A DNA stretch of 64,000 nucleotides, taken from assembly GCA_028023455.1 (NCBI GenBank), contig JAQFVV010000008.1:14508001-14572000 (forward strand), in the 5' to 3' direction. The notes beneath the pieces are model-generated. The model did no database searches. It was not told the origin of the DNA and was given only the letters and a program-made list of their open reading frames with translations. The position numbers and the translations under genes are program-made. Position 1 is the first letter of the stretch; each line of letters starts with the position of its first letter. Positions 52,170 to 64,000 of the stretch are shown here, piece by piece. The stretch comes from Epiperipatus broadwayi (lineage: Eukaryota > Animalia > Onychophora).

Positions 52170-53810
52170 TTATATGAAGAGAGTTTCTATAGATTGCATT
52201 TGTATTCCACAATGCATATAAAATGGACAGAAAGAAGTTAGGTGTGTTGTGGTAGAGTGTACTTATGTGATGAGGTTTATTGTTTGAAATGCTTAAATAA
52301 GACTAAGAAGGATGTAACAGGTTTATGGTTATGTAGACAGTGTGTAAATGTCATAAAAGAGGTGAAAAAGTGGTTTCTAAGTGTAGATAGTTTAAAGAGA
52401 AAGTCAGAAGAAATAGAATAAAATGTAGTTGTGGAATGTTTTTAGTGATATGGATGAAAAAATAAGTAGTGCAATGGAGATAGTTAGCCAAGGGATAAGT
52501 AAGCTAGAGGAAGAGGTAAAGGATGTAAAAGCAAAATTAAAATTATTAGAGACGAAGTGAGAGCAGATAAAGGGATTATTGAATAGGAAAAAGATAAGGA
52601 AGAAGTAGATAAGAAAATCCGTAAGGTGGAGGAGAATGTTATGGATGAGGTATGGAAAATAAACTATGAGACAATATTAATAGGAGATTCGCTAATTAGA
52701 GTATGTGGAGATATTATTGTAAGGGGGAATAGAAACAGGTATATGAAAATATGTCTGCCTGGAGCTAGAATTAGAGATGTTACAGATAAATAAAGAAAAA
52801 AGGGAGTAGAGATTATGTTATAGTAGGGACAAATAATTAGTCAGAGCCATCAAAGAGAGTAATGGATGAATTTATAGAATTGATTAGTAACTTGAGTAAG
52901 ATGAAAAGGAAGAGTAGGAATAGTTGCATTATTACCAAGATTTCACAATAGATATACATTGAATGGGGTATGTTCTATAAATGAGAGATTGAAAGAATTG
53001 TTTGAGAGAAATTGTTATGTTTGTGAGTATGTGGGATTTTTTTATTAGTAAGAGGGAGTTATATAATAAAGATTGATTGCACTTAGCAAAATAAGAAAGT
53101 GAAGTTTTAGGAAGTTTGATTTATAAAGAATATAGTTTGGTAAACTTATAAAGGGGGTGGAGTTTTAAATTGTAGTGTTATCAAAAAAAAGAAGAATGGA
53201 CAGGATGTAAGAAATAAACAAAGGGTAGCTGATTTAGATATAAATGTAGATGTGAAGAGGAAATGGTTCTGCAAAATTAATGGTAATCAAATTATTTATA
53301 AATGTAATGGAGAAGAAAGAGCCAAAAGAATTTATAAAAGAAAAGTTAGGAAAGAAGAAATTGTTAAAATTGGATATTTGAATATGCAAGGTTTTAGGAG
53401 ACCAGAAAATAACAGTGGCTGGAATTAAACAAAGCACTTAAAATGAAGACCTTGAGCTACTAACAGTAGTGAAAACACATTTAAGAGAAGAAGAAGAAAC
53501 CTGGAAGACTTGGTATGGCAGGGTATAAATAAAAAAGAAAAAAGGGATGGTTGTATAGGAGTTATATCAAAAAAATATATAAATGTTGTTAAATGTCAAG
53601 CACATTTGTGAGTTGAGATACAGTTAGGAAGATAAGAATGGTTTGATAGTGTATATAGTCACTGAAGATAGTCAAATCATAATGGAGTGGAACAGTAGCC
53701 TATATAAATGCCTGGTTAAGGATATACAGGGTTTCAACAAAAAAAAAAGAAAAATAATAATGGTTATAGGGGATATGAATAGGCATATTGAAAAAATTGA
53801 TGATGTAGAT
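52170..53810 (+). mobile_element. 5' part of a CR1/L2-type LINE: ORF1 (PHD-like finger, coiled coil, SGNH esterase) plus ORF2 APE endonuclease start, decayed
   Basis: CDEVYCLKC..WLCRQC; TILIGDSLIR..ICLPGARIRDV; VIVGTNN; GIVALLPR; ORF2 KIGYLNMQGF, KTHL, VIGDMNRH; many stops and frameshifts. Confidence 0.85.
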
Positions 53811-54410
53811 CAGTGGTCTTCAACTTTTCACACCTGTGGACCGGCAAAAATAATGATAAGGTTTTGTGGACCAGCAAAAAATAAGGATAAGTTTTTGTGG
53901 ACCAGCAGAAGTCTATAGATAAATTTTCTTAAAGATGTAAACTGCTTAGACTTAGATGAGCACAATTGTTATAACTGACCAAAACAACACACTAGTTACT
54001 GTGTATAGTAATGGTGTTGTTTATCTTCACATGTTAAACACTTTCTCGTGCGCAGTCATACTGTTACAGAAAACAGTACAATAATAATCATTCTCATTAA
54101 TGTGCCTGCATTGCTGAATTTATTATTTCATTGTTAAAACATGCAAGAATAAAATGTTATTCACCTGAATGTTGGGAAATATCACAGCAAGTGTAATTAC
54201 ATGACAATGATTATGATAAATGTAATATCTGTATTTAATGTTAAATATACAAGATGAAGTTATATATATGGAGTTTGTATAATAAACATTTTTTTTTTTA
54301 ATTTTGAATTTTTTTAGAAAAATAATAAAAAATTTAATTCTATCACTTCCCCCTCCCCATAAACATCTGTGATAACTAGAAAAACAAATTAATTTATGTA
54401 TGTGATGATA
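53811..54410. mobile_element. hAT MITE (CAGTGGTCTTCAA family), opposite orientation, one end missing
   Basis: Starts CAGTGGTCTTCAACTTTTCACACCTGTGGACCGG; reverse complement of the right part of 23852-25054; second TIR not found. Confidence 0.8.
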
Positions 54411-54691
54411 TGCCAAATATATTTCAGACCAGTAAGTGGATATATTTTAATAATTTTATCCTGAAGATAATATTTCTATCTTCAATTTAGTAATTATGAT
54501 ATAATGCTTAGTTACATTACATCCGAATTGCTGTTTTGAAATTAAAATTCATTAATTAAGAACTGATTGTCTTGCGATCATTGCACTAATTTAAATGAAC
54601 TCTAAATTTGATTTCATATATAATTGTTATGGTTTGCTTTATTATACTGATAAATTATGATGTTAAGCATAGTTTTACTTAATTAATAATA

Positions 54692-54926
54692 ACGATAGAA
54701 TGACAGCCTGTTAAGCTAAATTGCGCAGACGCTGTGAGAATGTTGTTAATAAATGAATACCTTCGAACAACCACATGATATAGTATTTATATAAGAGTAA
54801 AAGGAATGTGGTTTTTCGAAGGTATTCATTTATTAACAACATTCTCACAGCGTCTGCGCAATTTAGCTTAACAGGCTGTCATTCTATCGTAATTATAATC
54901 GCACGCAAGACGTTATAAAATAAATG
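54692..54926. mobile_element. Young near-perfect hairpin insertion with a 14-bp flanking direct repeat
   Basis: About 84-bp arms (54692-54775 / 54807-54890), one mismatch near the loop; CTTAATTAATAATA at 54678-54691 and 54927-54940. Confidence 0.85.
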
Positions 54927-56092
54927 CTTAATTAATAATAGCATTCTGGTCAGGGAAATATTAATAAGGCATATTTATTTATTTTCATTAATTCCAATAA
55001 ACTTAAATATGCTTTCCCTACCTTTTTATTAAATCTGATTAGAGATGCGAATTATTTGTTTATTAAATGAGGTATTAATATATTTAAATAACTCCTCTCT
55101 CTTTATATCATATTTTAAGTGCTATAGTGAATGTATGTAGGGCTAATTCAACCAGTTCTCTCTATAATATATGTTATTCATGATTTATCTGAAACTAAGA
55201 TAATCTTTAGTTTGATGGATGACAATTCACATAATTATCGAGCTATATTATTAGTCTCGAATATTAGAGAAATTTAATAAACAGTTGCAATATTATTGCT
55301 GTAGTAATTAAATTATATTTCTGGATAACCTTGTTATTTATCATTTTGCAAACCATGATATTAAATGAATATTATGTTAGCATATTATATTCTTATATGC
55401 ATAGTTTATTCACTGAGCACAAAAGTGAGCTAATACATTTAAATAGTCTGAACACTGTATTATCCCGGACTGATTACATTCCATTGTATAACACCTGTGA
55501 GCATCTATTTGATCTCAATGTGATTCCTAAATAGTGTAATTTAATTTATTTTGTTTTTCATTACTAATAATTTTAATAAATGTATTTAAATTTATCCTGT
55601 CTTCATTATTCTTTTATCACAATCCAATCCACTTACTTATTTATATTACCGGACATTATTGTATAAAATATCAATATTATATTAGCTTAGCCATTAATAG
55701 ATGTTTAATCTAATTTTATGCAATGCATGTATGGTTAGCCATAGAGTCTCATGTTGCTCCCTATTTGGAGTTGGCTCACGATTAAAATTAAGGCCTGGTA
55801 CATAACTTCAGAAATGTCACTCATATGGTATTAAATCACAGAGTGCTGGTGAATGAGTTGGAGCTTTGTTAGGACTCTTGATCTTACCATCCCATTTGGT
55901 CAACTTTAGTGTATTGGATTCTGAATTTTGTTACGTGAATGTACAAATCTGATCATTACAATATAGATAATACATTACCAATATATTTTTATCTACCAAA
56001 TGCTTTTAACATTCTTAAGTTTTAATTGTAAATTACATTTTAGCATTGTGTGAACTTCTTATAATCAGCATATAATGCATTGGTCAAACTCA

Positions 56093-56335
56093 TTCCTTGC
56101 CATATATAAAAACAATTCAACAGTTGGGAAAAATTGAAAATCAACAGAAATTCCATTCAAAAAGTAATGAGTTTTAATTATCCATTCTTCTTTTTTTATG
56201 TTAATTAGACCGTGATTAGTTTCCTGGCCATATATAAAAACAATTCAACTGTTGGTAAAAAAAATTGAAAGTCAACAAAAATTCCTTACAATTAAAAAAA
56301 GTTAGAATAGTTTGTTCTTCTTTTTTTATGTTTTG
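56093..56335. repeat. Tandem duplication of an about 128-bp unit
   Basis: GCCATATATAAAAACAATTCAAC..GTTCTTCTTTTTTTATGTT occurs twice. Confidence 0.8.
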
Positions 56336-56562
56336 CAAAATAGCTTATATACACTAAATGTTCTTATTATTCTTACTACCCTATTGTATGTGCAATTTGT
56401 TGGATTGATTTTGTGAGGTTGAATATGTACATATTTTAGTGAATTTTTAAAATTGAATTTTAATTAAAGCTTTTGAAAGTTTTAGTGAATTTTTCTATAG
56501 AAGCATTCATTCCATTCAATGCATGGACACTTTGTTCCTGATATATATATATATATATATAT

Positions 56563-57585
56563 ATCAATATATATATATATATATATCAAAATACAGTACA
56601 ATTTATATAAATTATATTTTTTTAGAAGTACTTTTGACTATACACTTTGTAGTCTTTATCAACTATATAACATTGAATAATCAAAACAAGACAACCTTTA
56701 ACAATACCAATAGTTCAATTCAGATTTCTTACAATTCTGTTATCTTAACATTTGATGACTGGCGATTCATTTACATTTGACGATTTCTTGAAATCATCAT
56801 AGCCTCTTTTATTTTACATTTATTATGACAACGTTCAATTTGAATAATTTTCATATTTTTATAATCAAATTTAAATCCATATTGACAAGATTTATTATGA
56901 TCAAATATAACAGATGATGAAGGTTTATTTACATCTGTTCCAGATTGATTCTCTTTTTGAATTCTATTATATAAAAGCATATGCTCTTTTATTCTCTTCT
57001 CAAATGTACACTTAGATTCACCAATGTATTGTACACCATATCCACATATCAATCTATATATAATAGAATTTTGATTAAACTTTGAATTTTAGAATTATTA
57101 AGTAATCTATTTATGTTATTTGTAGAGAAAAAAGCAATATGACACAAACCATTATAAATTTTCCTAATAAACTTGACCTGCTCATCTGATATAAATGGCA
57201 TTGAAATCCATTTCATTTTGATATTTTTATAAACCTTCATCATCTGTTATATTTGATCATAATAAATCTTGTCAATATGGATTTAAATTTGATTATTAAA
57301 ATATGAAAATTATTCAAATTGAACATTGTCATAATAAACGTAAAATAAAAGAGGCTATGTTGATTTCAATAAATCGTCAAATGTTAATGAATCGCCAGTC
57401 ATCAAATGTTAAGATAACAGAATTGTGGGAAATCTGAATTGAACTATGGGTATTGTTAAAGGTTGTCTCGTTTTGATTATTCAATGTTATATAGTTGATA
57501 AAGACTACAAAGTGTATAGTCGAAAGTACTTCTAAAAGAATATAATTTATATAAATTGCACTGTATTTTGATATATATATATTGA
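56563..57585 (-). mobile_element. 5'-truncated Penelope-like element with inverted pseudo-LTR
   Basis: GIY-YIG endonuclease remnant QYIGESKCTFEKRIKEH..IKEAMMI (56771-57052) and linker (57049-57229); arms of about 350 bp at 56563-56927 and 57230-57585 are inverted; ends in (TA)n. Confidence 0.9.
57492..57534 (+). ncRNA. Degenerate minimal hammerhead in the Penelope pseudo-LTR (second copy 56623-56665, minus strand)
   Basis: TAG TTGATAA A GACTA caaagtgta TAGTC GAAA GTAC T T CTA: stem I TAG/CTA, stem II GACTA/TAGTC, palindromic GTAC loop; core differs from CTGATGA by two transitions. Confidence 0.7.
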
Positions 57586-57751
57586 TTTGTATATTACATA
57601 TATTGTGAAACGAATACAGATATCAAACTTTATTTATTATATATATATATCAACTATAAGAGTCTAGTCAATTTAAAGTATGACATAATTTACATTTTCA
57701 TTAACTGTGCCAATACTAAAAACTTAAAAATAATAGAGATACTTTTTTTTG

Positions 57752-58029
57752 TATTAAATGCTTTTATTGACTGTGCACTAAAAAAAAAAAAATGTTTCTT
57801 CAATGTCAATTGGGGTTTTTAAATTTGACTCGAAATAAAAGCATGGGAGGGAATCCAGAAATTAATTGTCATTCTACTTTTTATAACAAAGGATTGACTT
57901 AATTAATTTCTGGACCTCTGTCCCCCTCCCTATGCTTTTATTTCAAGTTAAATCTAAAAACTCTAATTATGATTGAAGAAATAATTTTTATTTTTATTTT
58001 TAGTGCACGGTTAATAAAAGCATTTAATA
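57752..58029. mobile_element. MITE-like element with long (about 120 bp) imperfect inverted arms
   Basis: TATTAAATGCTTTTATTGACTGTGCACTAAAAA / TTTTTAGTGCACGGTTAATAAAAGCATTTAATA, inner arms to CCAGAAATTAATT / AATTAATTTCTGG. Confidence 0.75.
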
Positions 58030-60769
58030 TAATTTTTTTTAAATCTCTATTATTTATCGTAATCTCAGAGGTGAAAAGCCAATAATCTCACAATGTTGGC
58101 TAATGGTGTTGGTGAGCAGCCCATTCATGTTCATATATTATATGAATAATCATAGAATAATAATAGTTGCAATGACAAGAACTTATGAAATGGACATTAG
58201 AAATTGTCCTACTCACTTCCTTTAAGGCCAACAATAAACTCCTTATTAGATAGTTGCAAAATTTATTAATGAAAAGGTGTATCAGTTAACATTAAGAATT
58301 GATTAATCATTCTCTTGTAACAGAAGATTGTTGAATGCTCTTAATAACATTAATTAACAGATCATCTTAATAGCTTAATAAATATATGTTACTAAAAATA
58401 ATATGATAGCATATTTACTATTACCAACAAATATAGTGTATCATTTAAAAAATATAAATAAACATCACATGATCACCATTTTTCACTGACGAAGACCACA
58501 AGCCAGATTCTAGTCTGTGATATTTGGATGAGTAGGCTCTAGATAGGGATTTTATGCACAAGCCTTCTGGCATCCATTGATTACTCTGGCTTGCACTGAG
58601 TGGCAATATATATAGAGAGTTTTGCCTGTTTTAAAAAATATAAATAATAAACACTAAGCAACTTTATATTATACATATATACAAGTAAATGGATTTATCA
58701 AAGTGTAAAATTATTTTTTTAAAAAAAGAAACGAGGTTAATATGCTTATTTTATAACATGAAACATTTTTATTTGAAACACTGAAAAACAGCCACTTTAT
58801 CTTAAAACTGTAATAATGACAGAGACAATTCTAAAAAAAAAAAAAAAGTTAAATTTATGTTAGCTTTATAATGTTTAACACAATGTCATTTTTACATTTC
58901 ATTCTTTTTATAATATGAAGTTTATTACATTAGTAAACTTGCTTTTAAATCCATCGTTGTATAAGTATTCAGAATTTAAGAATTAACGTTAGAGGTCAGT
59001 AGTAAACAGGATATTAAAATTTAAAAAAATGCACATGAGATTAAAGATTTAAAAAAATAAAGGAGTGATATATATATAAATGGGAAATAAAGTAGGGAAT
59101 TTAATCATTCAATGGAAAATATTACAAAATCAATGTTCATTGAAATGCAAGTGGATTTAATTTAAAATCATAAAGCAAAATTTAATTTCGCATCAAATTT
59201 TTTAATATTCATTTGAATATCTCATTTAATTAAATATTATTTATATGTTTCTTATTACAGCTACTTCCCGATTGAGTTTTTTTTTTTTTAAAGACAGGAA
59301 ATCAGCTCTTTTAGATTGTACCAAAGTCTCATAGTTATCCAAGTATTAAAATAGCATTTAAAAAACTTTATTGACTGTGATATGTAATAAAAAAAATACA
59401 TTTAACGAGTTTCAATACACATTTTAAAAAAATAATGCGCAAAATCCCTTAAATAACCATTGGAAAAAGCAAAGATCCCCATTTAAGTGATGAGAATTTT
59501 TAATGGTGGTTCATTCCTTTCCCCCCCTTTCTACCTAAAAATAGCCCGATCCCATTTTATTCCAATATTAAATAATTTAACCCATTGACATGAACATAAA
59601 CAAGCATGCATGTCATGATATTGCAGATTTCTCATATTGGCATACATATTTTAAAGCTGAAATACAAATTTCTTGAGCAATATGCATATGTGATAAGTTT
59701 CAATTAGAAAGCAACAGGAAATCAGTAGAAATAAGCCAGTATAATTGGTAACACTCAATCACTGCTAATAATACTTTATAAACATAAAAAAAAAACTTTT
59801 AAATTATTAAAATATATACTCATACAATACCAGCTTTTACAAATTAGAATCATGTAAAATCCCAAAATGTGCTGCTTATTAATATTTAAAGGCAACAGAA
59901 AGGAAAAAAGCAATTTATATATTAATAATATATAGGAATATATGGTAAGGAAGATCTTCACAAATTTTTCTAAAACTTGAAACAATATAATACCCATCTG
60001 TTTGGAGTTTTGATGAATGAAAACATTTTAATAAAAACATTAATTTGTGTGATTTACAATTAAAATTAACATATAACAAAATCAAATCACAAAGTTTTAA
60101 AACTATGAAATGTGAAAATTTTTATTTTATAAAACAAGTGCTGGTCATAAGTCATTAGAGTGTGTGTTGCCTTTAGTTTATGTTTAAAGTGATTGGTTGC
60201 CAACAAAAAACTTTTTTTTTTCCAGGGCCGTTTTTGCTATGCTTTATGTATATTTTGCAAAACAAAGCTTAATAATGGAATGTTTGTTATCTGTATTATG
60301 CTACAATTTGATGTTTGTTTAGTACAATGGTAAAGTGGTGGGCATAAAAGTGAAAAGATGCCTAGATTAAAACTTCAATTATTTCTGATATTCAAACATT
60401 ATCCTCCTCCATAAACAACTAACCATTTGATTATTATTTATTTTAAATCACTAAAAATGCCAAATGTCACTTGCTTTGATTTTAAGTTACATTAATATAA
60501 GCTACGATTATTCTATAAGTTTATCCAAATGATATTTTCTTAATAATATTGCTTTTTTACCAATAATAAAACAACTTTTTTACTTTTTATAGAAATCACT
60601 CTTTTTTAGTAAGAATAATTAAGTTTTCCCATTATTAGTATATTTAATAGTTAAAGTAAAAGTTACTGTACATCCTCAATGAGCTATGTGTACACTAATT
60701 GATGGATTTGTATTAGTTTATATATACCTTGCTGGGAATATACAATAATTTCCTCTGCAATTTCATTTA

Positions 60770-63430
60770 TGTTAAGCTCTGACTATTTCATTATGTTCAC
60801 CAACCATTGTCAACCCATTGCAGGATGAAAGTCTCTCTAAGTTCATCTTCTTTGCTCTCTAGCCTCTCTTCTCCGCATCATCCTGCACACCTTTTTATTT
60901 CACCATCCATTTCACATGTGATCTCTTTCTGGGTCTTTACAATGTCTTGAAATCCAGTTGGCTTCAATTATCCATCTATTATCATTTCTTCTAGTAATAT
61001 GTCCAGCACAACTTCATATCAGTCTTTTAATTCTTTCAACAATGTCAGTAACAGCTGTTTGTTCTCTTATCCTCTTCTTGTTACTCTTAACATGCATCTC
61101 TCATACTTCTTTGAGTAATCTGAAGTCTCTGTGTTACTTTTCAATTAAGTATCAAAGTCTCAGATCCAAAAGTAAGAACTGGTAAAACATATTTATTAAA
61201 AACTTTCTTTTCAAATATATAGGCATACTTTCTTTTAATATTAAGTTATTTCTACCAAAAACACTTCAATCAAGTTTAATTCTATGATTAATTTCATCTA
61301 TTATATTTCCTCCTATAGTAATAATCTGACCAAAGTATTTGTAGTTGTTAGCTTCTAACTCATCTTAATCAGTCTTTATTTTCATCTTTTGAAAAAATCC
61401 ATTGAATGTTACTTTACTCTTTTTAACATTTACTTTTAGTTCTACTTTCTTACTTCCATCTGATAACTCTTGCAACTTTTCCTGAAATATCAAGCATTAT
61501 TTTCAAAAACAGCTACTTCATCTGCAAAATCTAAATGACTTAAATAATATCCATTTACTTTTAATCCTTTAGCTTCCCATTTTAATCCTCAAAATACTTC
61601 TTACAGCACTGCTCACCCTGTCTTATACCCTTCTTAATATTAACATTTCTAGTAGCATTATGTAATCTAATTGTTGCTGTTGCATTTATATAAATACTCT
61701 TCAGAATATAATAATATCCTGGGTCTATACCTTGATGATCCAATGCTTTAATCACCGAAGAAAAGCTTATATAATCAAAGGCCTTTCATAATCTACAAAT
61801 CCAAAGCATAATGGCAATTCATTTTCATTGATTCTTTCTATTACTTAGATATGATCTACTATACTAAAATCACTTTTAAATCCAGCTTTTTTTTGGTTGG
61901 TTGAAGTCAAAATCTGATAGGTCTGTAATTTTTAATATCTTCTTTATTATCTTTTTTAAATATTAATATTAATACTGCATTCTTTCAATCATCTGGTACA
62001 TCTTTATTATTTAGACATTTGATATATAACTTTGCAAAAAAAAAAATGTATTTCTTCGTCTGCTTCTTTTAATATATTGATTATAAATTCCATAATTACC
62101 TGGAGCTTTTGTGTTTATTATTATATAATTTTTGATAGAATTCTTCTATCCATTTCATGATGTCATCTTTCTTTTTAGTAATAGTTTCATCTTTTTTTAT
62201 TGCAGATATAAGTTTCTTATTAATACCAAAATGTTGTTTTACACTCTTGAGACTTTTATTCTTTTCTACAACTTTCTTTGCTAGTTCACAATTATACTTT
62301 TTTATATCATTATTAACTCTTTTTCACACCATTTTACAAAATTCAAGATAGTCAATCCTTCTTAATGCATCATTTTTATATATCTTCAGATTCCTTCTTT
62401 TCTTCATAAATTCTCTAGTCTCAGTAGAAATTTTATTGGTCAATTACAGGTTTTTTCTACCTGCCGTCTTTGTTGCAGTTTTTAAATGTGTATCATTTAT
62501 TTTCCTACATACTAATACTTGAAAACGATTTGCAAGTTCTAATATAAATTCATTAGAATGCTTCTGAAGATTAGGAATACCAACTGTTTTTTCTTAGTAA
62601 TTGTTTTTCTTAGTAATTTTTGTCTCTCTAGTTTTGCATTAACATGTATCCTACATTTTACTAATCAATGATCATTTCCTGTAATGAATTTATTAAGGAC
62701 ATTACAATCTTGAAATATGTATTTTCTGTTAGTCAAAATATAATCCAATTCTGCTGCACCTTCATTTGGCTGCTTCCATATCCACATATTTATCAAAATA
62801 AAAAAAAAAAATTCATAATATAAAGTTTTTCTTTTTTTGAAAATTCTACAAGTCTATGTCCTCTCTCATTTCTATTACCATAACCAAATTTATCTACAGT
62901 ACTTTCATTTTTCATTTGTTTACTATATTAGTTGAAGTAATATTTTACAGTTTTCTGTAACATTATTGTTTTTCTCCAAAAACCCCTTCTTTTAAACTAT
63001 CTTCACCTCTCATTAGTCTATTGTTTATTTGCTATCTTTATTGCTTTTAATTATTATTATTTAGACTTATCTTCATTTATATAAATATTAATTGTATCTG
63101 TAGAACTATAAAAATGTCTCCTTTTTTCCCATTATTCTACTACTAAATCATCTCTTTATCAGTAATTTTTTAATGTTCTTTTCTTATATCAATTTAATTC
63201 TGTCAAAAAATTATCTTTATATCCTTTTTAATATTCTGTCATTCATATTATTTTTTATCAAATAATTTTTTGCAACTCCTGTCTGAAACTTTTTTTTATA
63301 CTTTCTTAATTCAGTTTTTATTATTAGAGCATAAAAACTATCAAAATTAGATATTTCAAACATTTTATCTCCTCTTTTATACCTAATCACTGATTTTAGT
63401 TTATTTTCATGATCATTCATTTTTTAAATC
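60770..63430 (-). mobile_element. Decayed near-full-length RTE-clade LINE
   Basis: Minus-strand motifs in order: APE end VLNKFITGNDH, RT GFKSDFSIVDHI, FVDYEKAFD, KGIRQG, HLDFADE, and RTE-type C-terminus ending ETFILQWVDNG; many stops. Confidence 0.85.
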
Positions 63431-64000
63431 CTTAACCATACTATCTGTAATAAAACATTTAATATCATTTGTTCAACTATTTCTGATTATGTATTAAGAA
63501 ATTTTTAATTTTATCTATCTTGGCGTATAATTTAGATATATATATATTTTCTTCAAATTTCAGAAGCCACAATATCCAATAATAATTTGTGCTCTTTTCC
63601 TCTTATTTATCTACCATTTATTAATGATAGTTTGATTGTAATTTTTTATATTTTTTTCATTTTCTCTATCTCCAGAGCATGCAAATTATTTAATTCAAAT
63701 GATTAATAATGATTATTTTATATGTTATGAGATGAAATTTTAGATATAAATCACCAAATAAAAAATAGATATATAAAAATAAAATATAAAAAAGAATATA
63801 ATAAAAGTTTTTGCAAAGATAAAAAAAATGGCTACATTAACCCTACAATTCACAAGTAATAAGAAATATATGTGCAGAGAACATTATTGATGACCCTAAT
63901 TTAAAAATATGAATAAAGATAGAAAATTCTTACTGAAAGATTGTATAAGAAAGATAGATCTTGAAATCTACTGTCAATAAATATCAAAAAGGAATGACTA

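Noticed and set aside
1-64000. Most 60-100 aa ORFs in the supplied track
   Set aside because: Low-complexity F/I/L/K/Y-rich translations expected from AT-rich non-coding DNA or antisense to TE relics; only those at 16320, 47261, 53643, 56771, 57049 and 63217 map to recognisable or plausible proteins

Overview
Very AT-rich eukaryotic (probably invertebrate animal) genomic DNA, mostly intronic/intergenic and dense in decayed transposons; no operons, rRNA or CRISPR. The one well-supported host coding feature is a 713-bp terminal exon (16309-17021, +) of a calcineurin-like metallophosphoesterase resembling the PptH family; its upstream exons were not found. Two CpG-retaining regions (about 26.5-28.6 kb and 39.2-40.6 kb) may be promoters with weakly supported exons. 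Mobile elements include pogo/Tigger-like and hAT MITEs, a Charlie/SPIN-type hAT derivative, RTE and CR1/L2 LINE relics and a Penelope-like element (PLE) with inverted ends. Main discovery: the most frequent interspersed repeat (9 ribozyme-bearing copies in about 3 subfamilies, one a tandem trimer) carries a minimal type I hammerhead ribozyme, consensus CCCAA-CTGATGA-G-TGCTG-GTT-CAGCA-T-GAAA-TGCA-TC-TTGGG, i.e. a retrozyme-like family. The PLE in the same window has a degenerate hammerhead of the same architecture and is a plausible class of mobiliser. All analysis was by eye; most boundaries of decayed elements are approximate.
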